Part shown: piece after piece, positions 1 to 9,700 of the stretch
Numbering within the stretch: position 1 is the first letter of the stretch
How the letters are laid out: each line of letters opens with the position of its first letter
DNA from: Candidatus Thorarchaeota archaeon
Lineage (GTDB): Archaea; Asgardarchaeota; Thorarchaeia; Thorarchaeales; Thorarchaeaceae
NCBI GenBank assembly: GCA_011364985.1
Contig: RDOC01000004.1
Coordinates: forward strand, 32,001 to 96,000
DNA: 64,000 bases
Direction: 5' to 3'
Notes under the pieces: model-generated
The model's database searches: none
Told to the model about the DNA's origin: nothing
Seen by the model: only the letters and a program-made list of their open reading frames with translations
Made by a program: the position numbers and the translations under genes

Positions 1-96
1 ACCGGAGTCACCAAAAAGAACTATCTTCTCGTATCCTTCCAGCATTTCGAGAATGTCTGCATTGGGCTTCAATTTCATTACGATCGTGTGTGGCAC
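1..96 (-). CDS. Partial CDS (N-terminus, runs off window), possibly MetV/MTHFR-associated protein
   Basis: Hand translation from GTG at 96: VPHTIVMKLKPNADILEMLEGYEKIVLFGDSG; resembles the MetV-type N-terminus; only 32 codons visible. Confidence 0.35.
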   Translation of the reverse strand, partial: MPHTIVMKLKPNADILEMLEGYEKIVLFGDSG

Positions 97-168
97 CTCA
101 GTAAATGAATTCAGAAGAAGGCGGCATAAAAGGGATTGGTTCGGGGTTGAGCTCACTAGGACTTGGAG

Positions 169-1458
169 CTATGTTGTATGAGCTAGGTCAAGAGAACCGT
201 CTTGGAGAATCCGACGCACCTTTTCGGCCATTTCGAGAGTAAGTAAGACTTTAACCCGAATCGAATTCTCATTGTACTCTTGATCTGCAATGTGGCCGAC
301 CTCATAGAGCCAGGAGAGGAGAGACATTGATTCATTATCGTAAGGAAGCTCCAATGTGTACATATTCAGAGCTGGCAGAAGTTCCTTCACTGTTTCCATC
401 AGTTTCTCAAGATTGATACATTCCTTCGCTGAAATGGGAATAACATGATAACCTTCCTCTTCAAGAGTTCCAGTTCTTTCTATGATGGTGCTTTCGTCAA
501 GGAGGTCCACCTTGTTTAAGGCAACAATCATGGGGATTCCATTGATACCGACTTCCGTGAAGGCATCTTGGCAGGCGTGAAGCTTTCGTAGCATCTCAGA
601 AGAAGAATCCGAACCATCCACTACAAGTATAATGACATCTGCATCTCCAATTTCCATAAGTGTCGTGTTGAACGCCTGGTACAATGACTTCGGCAGGCCG
701 CTAATGAAGCCAACAGAATCGGAAAGAACAACCTGTCTTCCTGGAAGAGAAAGTTCAGCCGCCTTTGTTGATAGAGTAGTGAATAGCTGGTCTGCAATCA
801 GAACACTGGAGCCGGTCAATGCGGAATGAAGAGTGCTTTTACCTGCGTTTGTATACCCGGCGAGAGCCAACTCAATGAATCCTTCTTTCGCCCGTTTCTT
901 CTTCTTGAGTTGCTGGGCCATAGAGATCTTCTCCAGTTTTTGCTGGATAGACGAGATTCGTCGACGAATTGCTTGCACTCTCAAGTTAAGAAGGTCCTCA
1001 CCGACTCCGACTTGGTCAGTTGTTGGCCTGTCACCCGTCTGCTCTTTCTGAAGCCTTTGTCTAACCTGATAACGCTCAAAGGGCAGCTCGTAGCTCAGTC
1101 TTGCCTGCTCTATCTGCAATTTCGCCTGTGCTGTTTTTGCGTGTCTGTCGAATATTTCAAGAATTAGTTGGGTTCTGTCTCGGACCTCAGTGTTCCAAGC
1201 CTCCATAAGACGGAATACTTGACTGGATCGGAGCTGTGGAGAAAACAGAACTACATCTGGCTTGTTTATCTCAATCCAAGTTGCAATCTCTTCAACATTG
1301 CCACTGCTGATGCCGAATTTGGCGGATGGCGGACCAACTATGTCTCGCGATCCGAGAATATCATATCCTGCTGTCTGAGCAAGGGCTTCAAACTCGTCTA
1401 GAAGATTTGACTCGTTGTAACGTCGGCTCTGAACGAGAAGCGCTTTCAAGTTGTTCAT
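169..1458 (-). CDS. hflX: GTPase HflX
   Basis: GYTNAGKST, DQLFTTL, DSVGF, NKVD, ISA motifs; N-terminal LILEIFDRHAKTAQAKLQIEQARL HflX signature. Confidence 0.95.
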   Translation of the reverse strand: MNNLKALLVQSRRYNESNLLDEFEALAQTAGYDILGSRDIVGPPSAKFGISSGNVEEIATWIEINKPDVVLFSPQLRSSQVFRLMEAWNTEVRDRTQLILEIFDRHAKTAQAKLQIEQARLSYELPFERYQVRQRLQKEQTGDRPTTDQVGVGEDLLNLRVQAIRRRISSIQQKLEKISMAQQLKKKKRAKEGFIELALAGYTNAGKSTLHSALTGSSVLIADQLFTTLSTKAAELSLPGRQVVLSDSVGFISGLPKSLYQAFNTTLMEIGDADVIILVVDGSDSSSEMLRKLHACQDAFTEVGINGIPMIVALNKVDLLDESTIIERTGTLEEEGYHVIPISAKECINLEKLMETVKELLPALNMYTLELPYDNESMSLLSWLYEVGHIADQEYNENSIRVKVLLTLEMAEKVRRILQDGSLDLAHTT

Positions 1459-1553
1459 TATCTCGTCTTGTTTTGCAGAACGACTTAAACCGTTTGATTG
1501 TGGTCAAAGAGAAAGATTCTTTGACGGAATCTTGAAACACCCTTCGAGGTCAA

Positions 1554-3572
1554 ATGGGTCAATTTGAGATAAGAGCAAAAGACGGACTTGCAAGACTGGG
1601 CAAGTTCACCACCAAACATGGAGTAGTCAGAACACCATTACTCATGCCAGTTGTCCATCCAGGGAAGTCCGCGATACTACCAAGAGAACTGGTCGAGAAT
1701 TTTGGTTTTCAGATGGTCATTACCAATTCATACATTGTAAGATCACATGAACGGTTTCGTCGTAAGGCTCTCGAGGAGGGGGTTCATGGACTACTTGATT
1801 TCGATGGTCCGGTCATGACGGATTCAGGAACATTCCAGATGTACTCCCATCATCTTCCATCGGAGGAGATTGACCCGTTGGAGATAGTGAGATTTCAGAG
1901 AGAAATTGACACCGATATCGGAACAATCCTAGATGTTTTCTCTGACCCAAGCGTTGGAAGGAGCCAAGTTGAGAAGGATGTCCAGATTTCGCTGGAACGC
2001 GCCGAAGTCTCGGTTCCGGAAAAAGGGGAGATGATGCTGGCCGGAACAGTTCAGGGAGGAGCATACGAAGACCTCAGAGAGCTGTCAGCCAGTAGACTTG
2101 CCAGATTGGATCTTGATATCCATCCCATTGGGGGTGTCGTCCCGTTTATGGAAAGCTACCGTTATTCGGACATTGTTAGAATGACTCTTGCTTCCAAGCA
2201 GCATCTACCACCCCAAAGACCAGTACATCTCTTTGGCTGCGGCCATCCGATGCTCTTCGCTCAAGCCGCTCTCTTGGGATGTGATTTCTTTGATTCTGCC
2301 TCATATGCCAAGTTTGCGGAATCTGGGCGGATGCTTCTTCCGGATGGGACAATGCATCTTGAGAGTCTTAGAGAACTTCCATGTGACTGCCCGATCTGCA
2401 GCAATTTCACAGCAGACGAATTGAAGTCTATGAAGGAGGAGAAGGAACTTCTACTTATGAAACACAATCTGTACGTGAGCGCAGCCGAGATGCGAAGAGT
2501 TCGTCAGGCAATCCAAGATGGAAAGATCTTCGAACTAGCTGCTTATCGCGCCCGTGGTCATCCAGCCCTTATGGAAGCATTAGAAACAACGCTCAGTATC
2601 CTTGCAACTTATAGTGCTTCAGAACCTATTGGAAAAACAGCGTCATTGTTCTATACTGGTCCTGAAACAAGTCGTCGACCGGAGATCGGGTTCTTTCATC
2701 GACGAATGCTTGAGAGATTTCCGTTCAAAAAGACTCATACCCTCTTACTTGTGCCCCACCATGCCGATCACCCCTTTTCCGATACAGCTCAGGGGCTGAT
2801 GGAGGAGGCAAGAATCCATCAAAATGAAAATCTGCAGGTAGCATTTGTTGCTCCTTTTGGGGCTGTTCCTTGGGAATTAGAACATGTTCACCCAGCACAA
2901 CAGTGTGTCTTTCCCAAGAAGATCGATGAAATCACACTCAAGATATCCCTCTCACGAGCTGTGGAATTGATGGCAAAGGTGCAGGCGGATAACGTCCTTT
3001 GGCTTAGTAGAGAAACCCCAATTGACATACTCAAAGGTCCTCTTTCGCAGGCCAACAATATCGAAGTGCTTGATAGCATCAGGAAGCTCAAGAATAGCCT
3101 TCCTCAAGCTTCAGGAAAGGAGTCTTGGCAACATAGAAGACTAAGAGCGATTCTTGCATATCAATGGAATCTTCAACTGGATTCCATGAATGATTTTGAG
3201 ATAGTCATATCAAAAGGAACAGGTAAGATACGTCACATTCGTAGCGACAACGAGATTCTGTTCACAGTCATTCCTCAGTCTGGACTTCTAGCCCCAACCT
3301 TCCGGGGAGGTGAGGTTCTCCTCAAGGCGGGGCTAGACCAGTCATATAGGGTCTGCATGAGTGTAGATGCTGTGGAGTTCGTAGAGGAAGGGAAATCTGC
3401 TTTGGCTAAGTTTGTGCTCAAGGCGAATGATAGCCTTCTCTCAGGTGAAGAAGTGCTTCTTATGAATCCTGATGGTCAGCTGATCGGAGTTGGTCGGGCA
3501 GTCCTGAACGGACCAGAAATGCTTGCCTTTGATAGAGGAGTTGCTGTGGCAACTAGGCACTCGAAGCTGTAG
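1554..3572 (+). CDS. tgtA: Archaeosine tRNA-guanine(15) transglycosylase with C-terminal PUA domain
   Basis: TPLLMPV, MTDSGTFQ, HLFGCGHP, FDSASY, Zn site CDCPIC...HN, PUA-like C-terminus. Confidence 0.95.
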   Translation: MGQFEIRAKDGLARLGKFTTKHGVVRTPLLMPVVHPGKSAILPRELVENFGFQMVITNSYIVRSHERFRRKALEEGVHGLLDFDGPVMTDSGTFQMYSHHLPSEEIDPLEIVRFQREIDTDIGTILDVFSDPSVGRSQVEKDVQISLERAEVSVPEKGEMMLAGTVQGGAYEDLRELSASRLARLDLDIHPIGGVVPFMESYRYSDIVRMTLASKQHLPPQRPVHLFGCGHPMLFAQAALLGCDFFDSASYAKFAESGRMLLPDGTMHLESLRELPCDCPICSNFTADELKSMKEEKELLLMKHNLYVSAAEMRRVRQAIQDGKIFELAAYRARGHPALMEALETTLSILATYSASEPIGKTASLFYTGPETSRRPEIGFFHRRMLERFPFKKTHTLLLVPHHADHPFSDTAQGLMEEARIHQNENLQVAFVAPFGAVPWELEHVHPAQQCVFPKKIDEITLKISLSRAVELMAKVQADNVLWLSRETPIDILKGPLSQANNIEVLDSIRKLKNSLPQASGKESWQHRRLRAILAYQWNLQLDSMNDFEIVISKGTGKIRHIRSDNEILFTVIPQSGLLAPTFRGGEVLLKAGLDQSYRVCMSVDAVEFVEEGKSALAKFVLKANDSLLSGEEVLLMNPDGQLIGVGRAVLNGPEMLAFDRGVAVATRHSKL

Positions 3573-4713
3573 TGGGTGGAGCACTAGGAAACATTGGGTG
3601 TCCAGGAACTCGCTTTAGTGCCTCAATGCCACCTTCTGGCAGAACCATTACTTCTCTGCGAGGGGCAAAGAGCTCGATTTGATCATTTGGAGAAATAGCG
3701 AGGTCAGGGTCGAGCAAGGCTTGTGCTGAAACACCGCCAACTTCGAAATAGACTTCTAGGCCAGTACCTATGTAAATAGTTCTGGTCACAGTTCCTCTAA
3801 CGCGATTATCATCTGAGCTAACGCTACTAAGATGCAGATCCTCAGGACGGAAAGCGCATTTAACAGCCTCTCCAATCTCGAAGGGATATTCATCGATCGT
3901 ACTAGTACCTGATATCAGCTGACCATCAGGAAGCCGTACATCGATGAGCTCTCCAATATTCTCGACCTGTCCACTCAAGAAAGTGCACTGGCCAATGAAA
4001 TCTGCAACAAAGACTGTCTGCGGATGAGCATATATTTCTCTCGGAGATGCGAACTGCTGAACATAACCGCGGTCCATAACGGCAACCTTATCAGAGATAC
4101 TCAGGGCCTCATGTTGGTCATGAGTAACGTAAACCGTCGTAATTGACAGCTCCTTTTGGATGCGAATGATCTCCTCGCGCATTTCCATTCTAAGCTTCGC
4201 ATCAAGATTGGAGAGTGGTTCGTCTAGGAGCAAAACATCGGGTTCTATAACCAGAGCTCTGGCCAGGGCAACGCGCTGTTGCTGTCCGCCAGATAGCTGA
4301 TGGATGTGTCGCTCACCAAGACCCTCAAGATGGACAAGGTTCAGTGCAGCGTTGACTCTCTTATCAATTGCGCTCTTAGTGTATTTCATTCCATGCACTC
4401 GTTTTAGCTTCAGCCCATAGGAGATGTTGTCAAACACTGACATGTGTGGCCAGAGCGCGTAGTTCTGGAAACACATTCCCGTATTCCTTAAATGTGGAGG
4501 GAGAAACGTGACATCTCTGTCATCAAAGTAGACTCTACCGGAATCAGGAATGTAGAAGCCTGCGATGAGTCTCAACAATGTTGTCTTCCCACATCCCGAT
4601 GGACCCAAGAGTGTAGAAAGTTCGCCCTCTTTCAGAGTCATTGTTACTGCATCCGTTGCAACGACGTCACCGAATGTCTTGCGTAGATTCTCAAGAACTA
4701 TCTCAACCATCAA
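3553..4713 (-). CDS. ABC transporter ATP-binding subunit (Fe3+/polyamine/AfuC-like) with TOBE domain
   Basis: GPSGCGKTT, LSGGQQQR, LLLDEPLSNLD, VTHDQ. Confidence 0.93.
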   Translation of the reverse strand: MMVEIVLENLRKTFGDVVATDAVTMTLKEGELSTLLGPSGCGKTTLLRLIAGFYIPDSGRVYFDDRDVTFLPPHLRNTGMCFQNYALWPHMSVFDNISYGLKLKRVHGMKYTKSAIDKRVNAALNLVHLEGLGERHIHQLSGGQQQRVALARALVIEPDVLLLDEPLSNLDAKLRMEMREEIIRIQKELSITTVYVTHDQHEALSISDKVAVMDRGYVQQFASPREIYAHPQTVFVADFIGQCTFLSGQVENIGELIDVRLPDGQLISGTSTIDEYPFEIGEAVKCAFRPEDLHLSSVSSDDNRVRGTVTRTIYIGTGLEVYFEVGGVSAQALLDPDLAISPNDQIELFAPRREVMVLPEGGIEALKRVPGHPMFPSAPPTTASSA

Positions 4714-4719
4714 ATCACC

Positions 4720-6777
4720 TCAAATTCCTGTCATAGCTGATGACCTAGCTCCAAGGATTTTATTCGTCACGGTAATCACCGCCATCTGAAGCGCCATCAT
4801 TAATACTCCTAGACATGCAGCACTACTTGGACCTGAATAGCTGGCTGAATGAGACTCAAGAACCTCTTTTGTCCAAAAAGTCATTGGTGCTTGATCGCGG
4901 CCTAAGCTTCCTAGTATGAGGCTAGTACTCACCTCACTAACGGAATAAACAAATGAAAGAAGTGATCCAGCAAGGACATTCACTCCTATCAGGGGCATCG
5001 TTATTTTGGCAAATGTTTGATTCTTGGTCGCACCCAGGTTCTGAGAGGCCTCCTCAAGCACGACTGGGGTGGACTGCAATCCTGCATATGCTGCTCTGAC
5101 TGTGAATGGGAATTTCCTTATGGTATATGACATAATGATTAGAAAAGCTGGAGCATCAAGGGGGAAAATGGGGGTACCGAAAAACAGCGTAAAGTAACCA
5201 GTAGCAATCACAATCCCAGGTAAGGCAATAGGGGATGTTACAAGGAGGTCAAGAGCGGTTTTTCCTGGAATATCCTTCCTTGAGATTATGTACGCAGCGC
5301 TTGTTCCTAGAAAAACGATGAGAACAGTGGCTACTACTCCATAGATAAGTGTAAGATTAATGGAGTTGACCACCGAGGGATACGCATACAAAACCGAGTA
5401 GTGTTCCAATGTCCAAGAATCAGGCAGTACAGAATTCGTGGACCATGGGCCTGCAAACGATAGTATAACTACACTGATTTGAGGAATTAGGGCGAAGAAA
5501 AGAAGTGGTATTAATATCAGATAGAGCATAAAGGATGTTCGAATACGCAGTCTGCGAACTCTTGGATTCCACTGCCCTCCTTTTGTACCAGATTCATATG
5601 AACGAAGGCCCGCATACTTGCGAATTGTTAAGAACCCAATAAGAGCGAAGACAAGTAGAATAATGCCAATCGCAGGGCCCTTGGGATCGATGGTTCCAGC
5701 TTGTGTCGCGATTGAAACAAATATCTGATATGCGAGTGTCTTAGTTGCCATTTGTTGTTCGGAAAAGACAATGGGTGTTCCAAGATCTTCTATGCTCAGA
5801 ATGAACGTGAGTATTGCACCCGCCTGAATACCAGGCATTGCCAGAGGGAGAGTAACAGAACGAAACAGCTTTGGGCCGGTGGCACCAAGATTCTCGGCTT
5901 GTTCTTCTAGCGATGGATCAATGCTCATAAATGAGGAGTATGCATTTAGATAGACCAGAGAAAAGAACGACAGCGACTGGACGAATATTATGGCTGCAAG
6001 TCCTTCAATTTGCACCTGAACAGGCAAGATATGCAGTGTATCATAAAACAGATTGTTGAAGAATCCATTTAGACCGATAAATGACTTAATACCAATTGCG
6101 CCCACAAAAGGAGTCGCCAATATTGGGAAAATGAGGACCGTTCGGATTACACTTTTTCCAGGATAATCGTAGCGAGCAACAAGAAAAGCCAGAAATACTC
6201 CCAGGACGACTGAGAAAAATGTAACTAGAATAGCCACATATATCGAGTTGATTATGGCGCCAAGGTCCCAACCCTGTATGATAATTGTATTCGTTCCATA
6301 CTCAATGGGCCGCAGATTTGCAAAGAAGAACCAACGACCTGTTTCTGCTTGGTAGTACCAAGGCCAAATATTCGTGTCGCTAAACAGATTGATGAAGTGC
6401 ATGAGAGAGGGGACACCAGTATTAGGATCTGTAAATGAAAAAACAATAACACTGACAAGAGGCAGAATCAGGAATAGTGTAAACGAAATCATTACTGCAG
6501 CGAGTTGTATGGCTGTTAGCTTATCCAACTCCCTTCTAAGTTCTTTGTACGACTCGCGGAGTCGGGGTCCAGGCTCACGCAAGAAATCACGAGCCGAATG
6601 GAAGCTGGCAGTAATTCGTCGTCCTGAAGACCGAAGGCCATTAGTAAATCCATGAATAATGCGAGAGGGAAGGTTCTTCAAGAATCTCTGCAGATTCTCC
6701 CAATTGCTGTCGGGAATAAGCTCGATTCTCTCTTGTTCTTCCCTTTGTTCCTTCTCCATTTCCTGACTGCCTGTCAA
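4720..6777 (-). CDS. ABC transporter permease, duplicated (FbpB/AfuB/ThiP type)
   Basis: About 12 TM segments with two EAA loops (LEEQAENLGA, LEEASQNLGA). Confidence 0.9.
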   Translation of the reverse strand: MTGSQEMEKEQREEQERIELIPDSNWENLQRFLKNLPSRIIHGFTNGLRSSGRRITASFHSARDFLREPGPRLRESYKELRRELDKLTAIQLAAVMISFTLFLILPLVSVIVFSFTDPNTGVPSLMHFINLFSDTNIWPWYYQAETGRWFFFANLRPIEYGTNTIIIQGWDLGAIINSIYVAILVTFFSVVLGVFLAFLVARYDYPGKSVIRTVLIFPILATPFVGAIGIKSFIGLNGFFNNLFYDTLHILPVQVQIEGLAAIIFVQSLSFFSLVYLNAYSSFMSIDPSLEEQAENLGATGPKLFRSVTLPLAMPGIQAGAILTFILSIEDLGTPIVFSEQQMATKTLAYQIFVSIATQAGTIDPKGPAIGIILLVFALIGFLTIRKYAGLRSYESGTKGGQWNPRVRRLRIRTSFMLYLILIPLLFFALIPQISVVILSFAGPWSTNSVLPDSWTLEHYSVLYAYPSVVNSINLTLIYGVVATVLIVFLGTSAAYIISRKDIPGKTALDLLVTSPIALPGIVIATGYFTLFFGTPIFPLDAPAFLIIMSYTIRKFPFTVRAAYAGLQSTPVVLEEASQNLGATKNQTFAKITMPLIGVNVLAGSLLSFVYSVSEVSTSLILGSLGRDQAPMTFWTKEVLESHSASYSGPSSAACLGVLMMALQMAVITVTNKILGARSSAMTGI

Positions 6778-6804
6778 GGGGGTCTCTCCAAACGTGCTTT
6801 AGGT

Positions 6805-8265
6805 CTAGCTCAGTGCTTCAACCTGCGTCTGTATGTCCAAGTACTGAATCTTAGCTGCCGCGGTCCATTTTTGGGCGCATTGTGAAGCATATGTGGAATC
6901 ATAGATTATATCATGATCAATCTCAGTAGCATATTCAATGGTAAACTGACGGCTGATTGATGTCTTCGGGTCTGATATAGTGAGTGGAGCGCTCATCAAA
7001 CTGGCGTAGTAGTCCAACTCAGCTTCTCCGAATGCTGGATTTGTTTCATATTCATTCAGGATAGCCATCCAGCATTGTACGAGTTCCTCGTGTGCATCGG
7101 TGATGATAGCTCCCCAGTACTTTACGAATGCAGCATTCATTTCAAGTGAGAGAGTATCATTGAAATCAATGCCCACTGTTTTTATTGTGTTATTGAATGC
7201 GATATACAAGTCCTCTGTTGTTTCAGGGTCTACAAGATCAAATGCTTCGCGACGAACTGGCATTCTTCGCAGATCATTGTCAAGCCAGATTGCCTGGCCC
7301 TCATCTGACAATGCCCAAGCTACAAAGCCCTCAGCAAGGTCCTTATGAGGACTGTTCTTCGGAATAGCAATGGGATCTCCGTTTACGATTGTCTGACCCT
7401 CCGGGACAATGTACTCACAGTCAGGATTTCTGAACTGAGTAAGATATCCATAAAAGTCAATTGACATCGAAATGCCAACGTCTCCCCTTTCGGAAGCGGT
7501 CTGCGTTTCCACAGAACCGGGGTATATGTCGGAATTGCCGGCCATTCTTGTCATAGTGGTCCAACCCTCTTCCCAACCCAACACCTGTACAATGATCTCG
7601 TATATTCGAGTATTGGATGTGGTTAACGGAGCGCTTCCCATGGCAATCGTCGCGTCAGGTAGAATTGACCCATAAGTTGCATTTGCCAAATCTGTCCAAG
7701 TCTTCGGCACTGGCAGTAGATGATCATTCAAGAAGACGTGGTTAACTGTGAACCCAAAGGTCGAAATCGCATCTGCAACCCAAATCAGCTGCTCCTCAGA
7801 ATTGTACCGCTTCATGTCAGCACCTGCTATGGTATCGTTCACTTTATCCGCTGCCGCGAGTAAATCAGAATTCGTCCACGGTTCAAGTCGATCGTCTCGC
7901 ATCAACTGGTCAAAGAGAGTAGGCCCTCCGCCCCAAGCGATATCAGCTTTGCCATCATCTATTATATCATCCCAGAACTGCGCATCCGGAGTTCTCCATA
8001 TCATATCTGTTATGTTGTTTTCGATTGCATAATCGGTAGCCAGAAAGGCAGACTCGTACACCTGCTGTATCGACAGGTCATGCCTGGACAATACGGCGAG
8101 TGTTATTCCAGTATCGGTTGTCGTTGTGGTGGTGGTGGTAGTAGTGCCATTTCCAGGAGGAAGCGTGAAAGAGAAATAGGCAAAAGCACTTATGCCGATG
8201 ACTACAATCACAATCACAGCAACTATTGCATTCCTCGAACTCCTTGATGTCACGAATTCGCTCAT
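6805..8265 (-). CDS. ABC transporter substrate-binding protein, N-terminal TM anchor and poly-Thr linker
   Basis: DIAWGGG, PKTWTDL, DPIAI motifs of AfuA/FbpA-like binding proteins; ATG 8265 preceded by GAGGAG. Confidence 0.88.
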   Translation of the reverse strand: MSEFVTSRSSRNAIVAVIVIVVIGISAFAYFSFTLPPGNGTTTTTTTTTTDTGITLAVLSRHDLSIQQVYESAFLATDYAIENNITDMIWRTPDAQFWDDIIDDGKADIAWGGGPTLFDQLMRDDRLEPWTNSDLLAAADKVNDTIAGADMKRYNSEEQLIWVADAISTFGFTVNHVFLNDHLLPVPKTWTDLANATYGSILPDATIAMGSAPLTTSNTRIYEIIVQVLGWEEGWTTMTRMAGNSDIYPGSVETQTASERGDVGISMSIDFYGYLTQFRNPDCEYIVPEGQTIVNGDPIAIPKNSPHKDLAEGFVAWALSDEGQAIWLDNDLRRMPVRREAFDLVDPETTEDLYIAFNNTIKTVGIDFNDTLSLEMNAAFVKYWGAIITDAHEELVQCWMAILNEYETNPAFGEAELDYYASLMSAPLTISDPKTSISRQFTIEYATEIDHDIIYDSTYASQCAQKWTAAAKIQYLDIQTQVEALS

Positions 8266-8472
8266 CTGTTTCTCCTCTATGTTTTGCTGCATAGCATTAT
8301 GAATTTGCCTGCTAGCCAAAGAGACTTGCCACCTTAATTACTTTGTCCAAGCTCTGCAAGTTGGGCTCCGATGAGAGATGTTTGCAGGCACTGCCGCAAT
8401 TACGATATTCTTATATTCAGCCACTTTTAGATAGATTTGTATCTTCAAATGAAGATGGAGGAAATGGCTATC

Positions 8473-9558
8473 ATGAAACTGAGATATTCTCGGATTCTAA
8501 CCTTGGCCGTTGCGACAGCTCTATTGGCATCTATGGTTATGGCAAGTCCCACCCCAGTGACTGCACAGACCACGCACAAGATAGTGCTTGACATCTCGCA
8601 TGGCCAGTTGGATGACCATCCTGGCTATAGCACGCAAATTGATGCGTATTTTGCTGGGAATCTAACTGAGATGGGGTATGAAGTAGTATGGGCCGATGCT
8701 GGAATCAATGCCTCGATTCTTGAAAATGCTGATGCACTAATCATTGGATCAATCTTCGGACCAAATACTGGTTTTCTAGCGTCAGAGATTTCTGCAATAG
8801 AGAATTGGTTTGATGATGGAGAGAAACTACTGTGGGTTGGCTATGACTCGGACTTCACAAGCAGCACCTCTGGTCAGTGGATACTCGACAATGCCACGAT
8901 GATTCTGGAGGCTGTTGGTTCCCATGTCTATGGCGAGCCAGTCTCGGTAGAAGATTCTGAAAGCAATGTGGCAGGTGGAGCATACAGACCTGTGGCCAAC
9001 GAAACAAGTGATGATTCATTTGTTGCGGATATTGTTGCAGGAGTTTCGAAGGTCATGATGCATGGTCCTACATGCTTATACGGTAGCGACAGTGATACTC
9101 CTGGTGAAAACGTTAGCGCAGTTGCGCTAGAAACTGAAACAATAGAAAACGTCTATCCACTTCTTTATTATAGCGCAGCCGCTGTAATTAAAGAGGGAGA
9201 TCCTACATTGGAGGGTTTTGTACACTCACTTGATGAAACTGGCTCCTTTGTTGCAGCATCCCTAGAAGTCAATCCTACCACCAAGAACTCCATTATTGTG
9301 TCAGGTTCTAGACCCTACGGTGGATACCACCCAATGATTGATTTTCAGTATGAAGAAGAAGTGTTTCAGGGATTTGAGTTCTGTCTGCAGGCAATTGAAT
9401 TCGCATTTGATTATGCAGCGCCAACTACTACTACCACAACGACGACTACCACCACAACTACTACCACTGAGGCGCCGGATTTGCTTCTCTACGGGGCCAT
9501 CGGTATTGGAGCAGTTGTTGTTCTGGTAATCATAGTTGTGATTGCTAGAAGGAAATAA
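8473..9558 (+). CDS. Surface protein with GIFT/DUF4350 (GATase-like) domain, Thr linker, C-terminal TM anchor
   Basis: Signal peptide; VLDISHGQ...EISAIENWFDDG; poly-Thr then TM then RRK. Confidence 0.75.
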   Translation: MKLRYSRILTLAVATALLASMVMASPTPVTAQTTHKIVLDISHGQLDDHPGYSTQIDAYFAGNLTEMGYEVVWADAGINASILENADALIIGSIFGPNTGFLASEISAIENWFDDGEKLLWVGYDSDFTSSTSGQWILDNATMILEAVGSHVYGEPVSVEDSESNVAGGAYRPVANETSDDSFVADIVAGVSKVMMHGPTCLYGSDSDTPGENVSAVALETETIENVYPLLYYSAAAVIKEGDPTLEGFVHSLDETGSFVAASLEVNPTTKNSIIVSGSRPYGGYHPMIDFQYEEEVFQGFEFCLQAIEFAFDYAAPTTTTTTTTTTTTTTTEAPDLLLYGAIGIGAVVVLVIIVVIARRK

Positions 9559-9567
9559 CAGATTAAT

Positions 9568-9610
9568 AGTGGTCAAAGAAATCCTTGACCACTCTACTTT
9601 CTTTTTTTTT
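9568..9610 (+). terminator. Hairpin plus T-tract terminator
   Basis: agtggtcaa (9568-9576)/ttgaccact (9585-9593) followed by T-rich run 9598-9610. Confidence 0.6.
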
Positions 9611-9700
9611 CGAGTTTTCTTTCAGATCTAGTTCATGTTCAACAAGACTTATCATCTTGTGAACATCATAGCTAGACACGCTGTTAAAGAGGAATTCAAG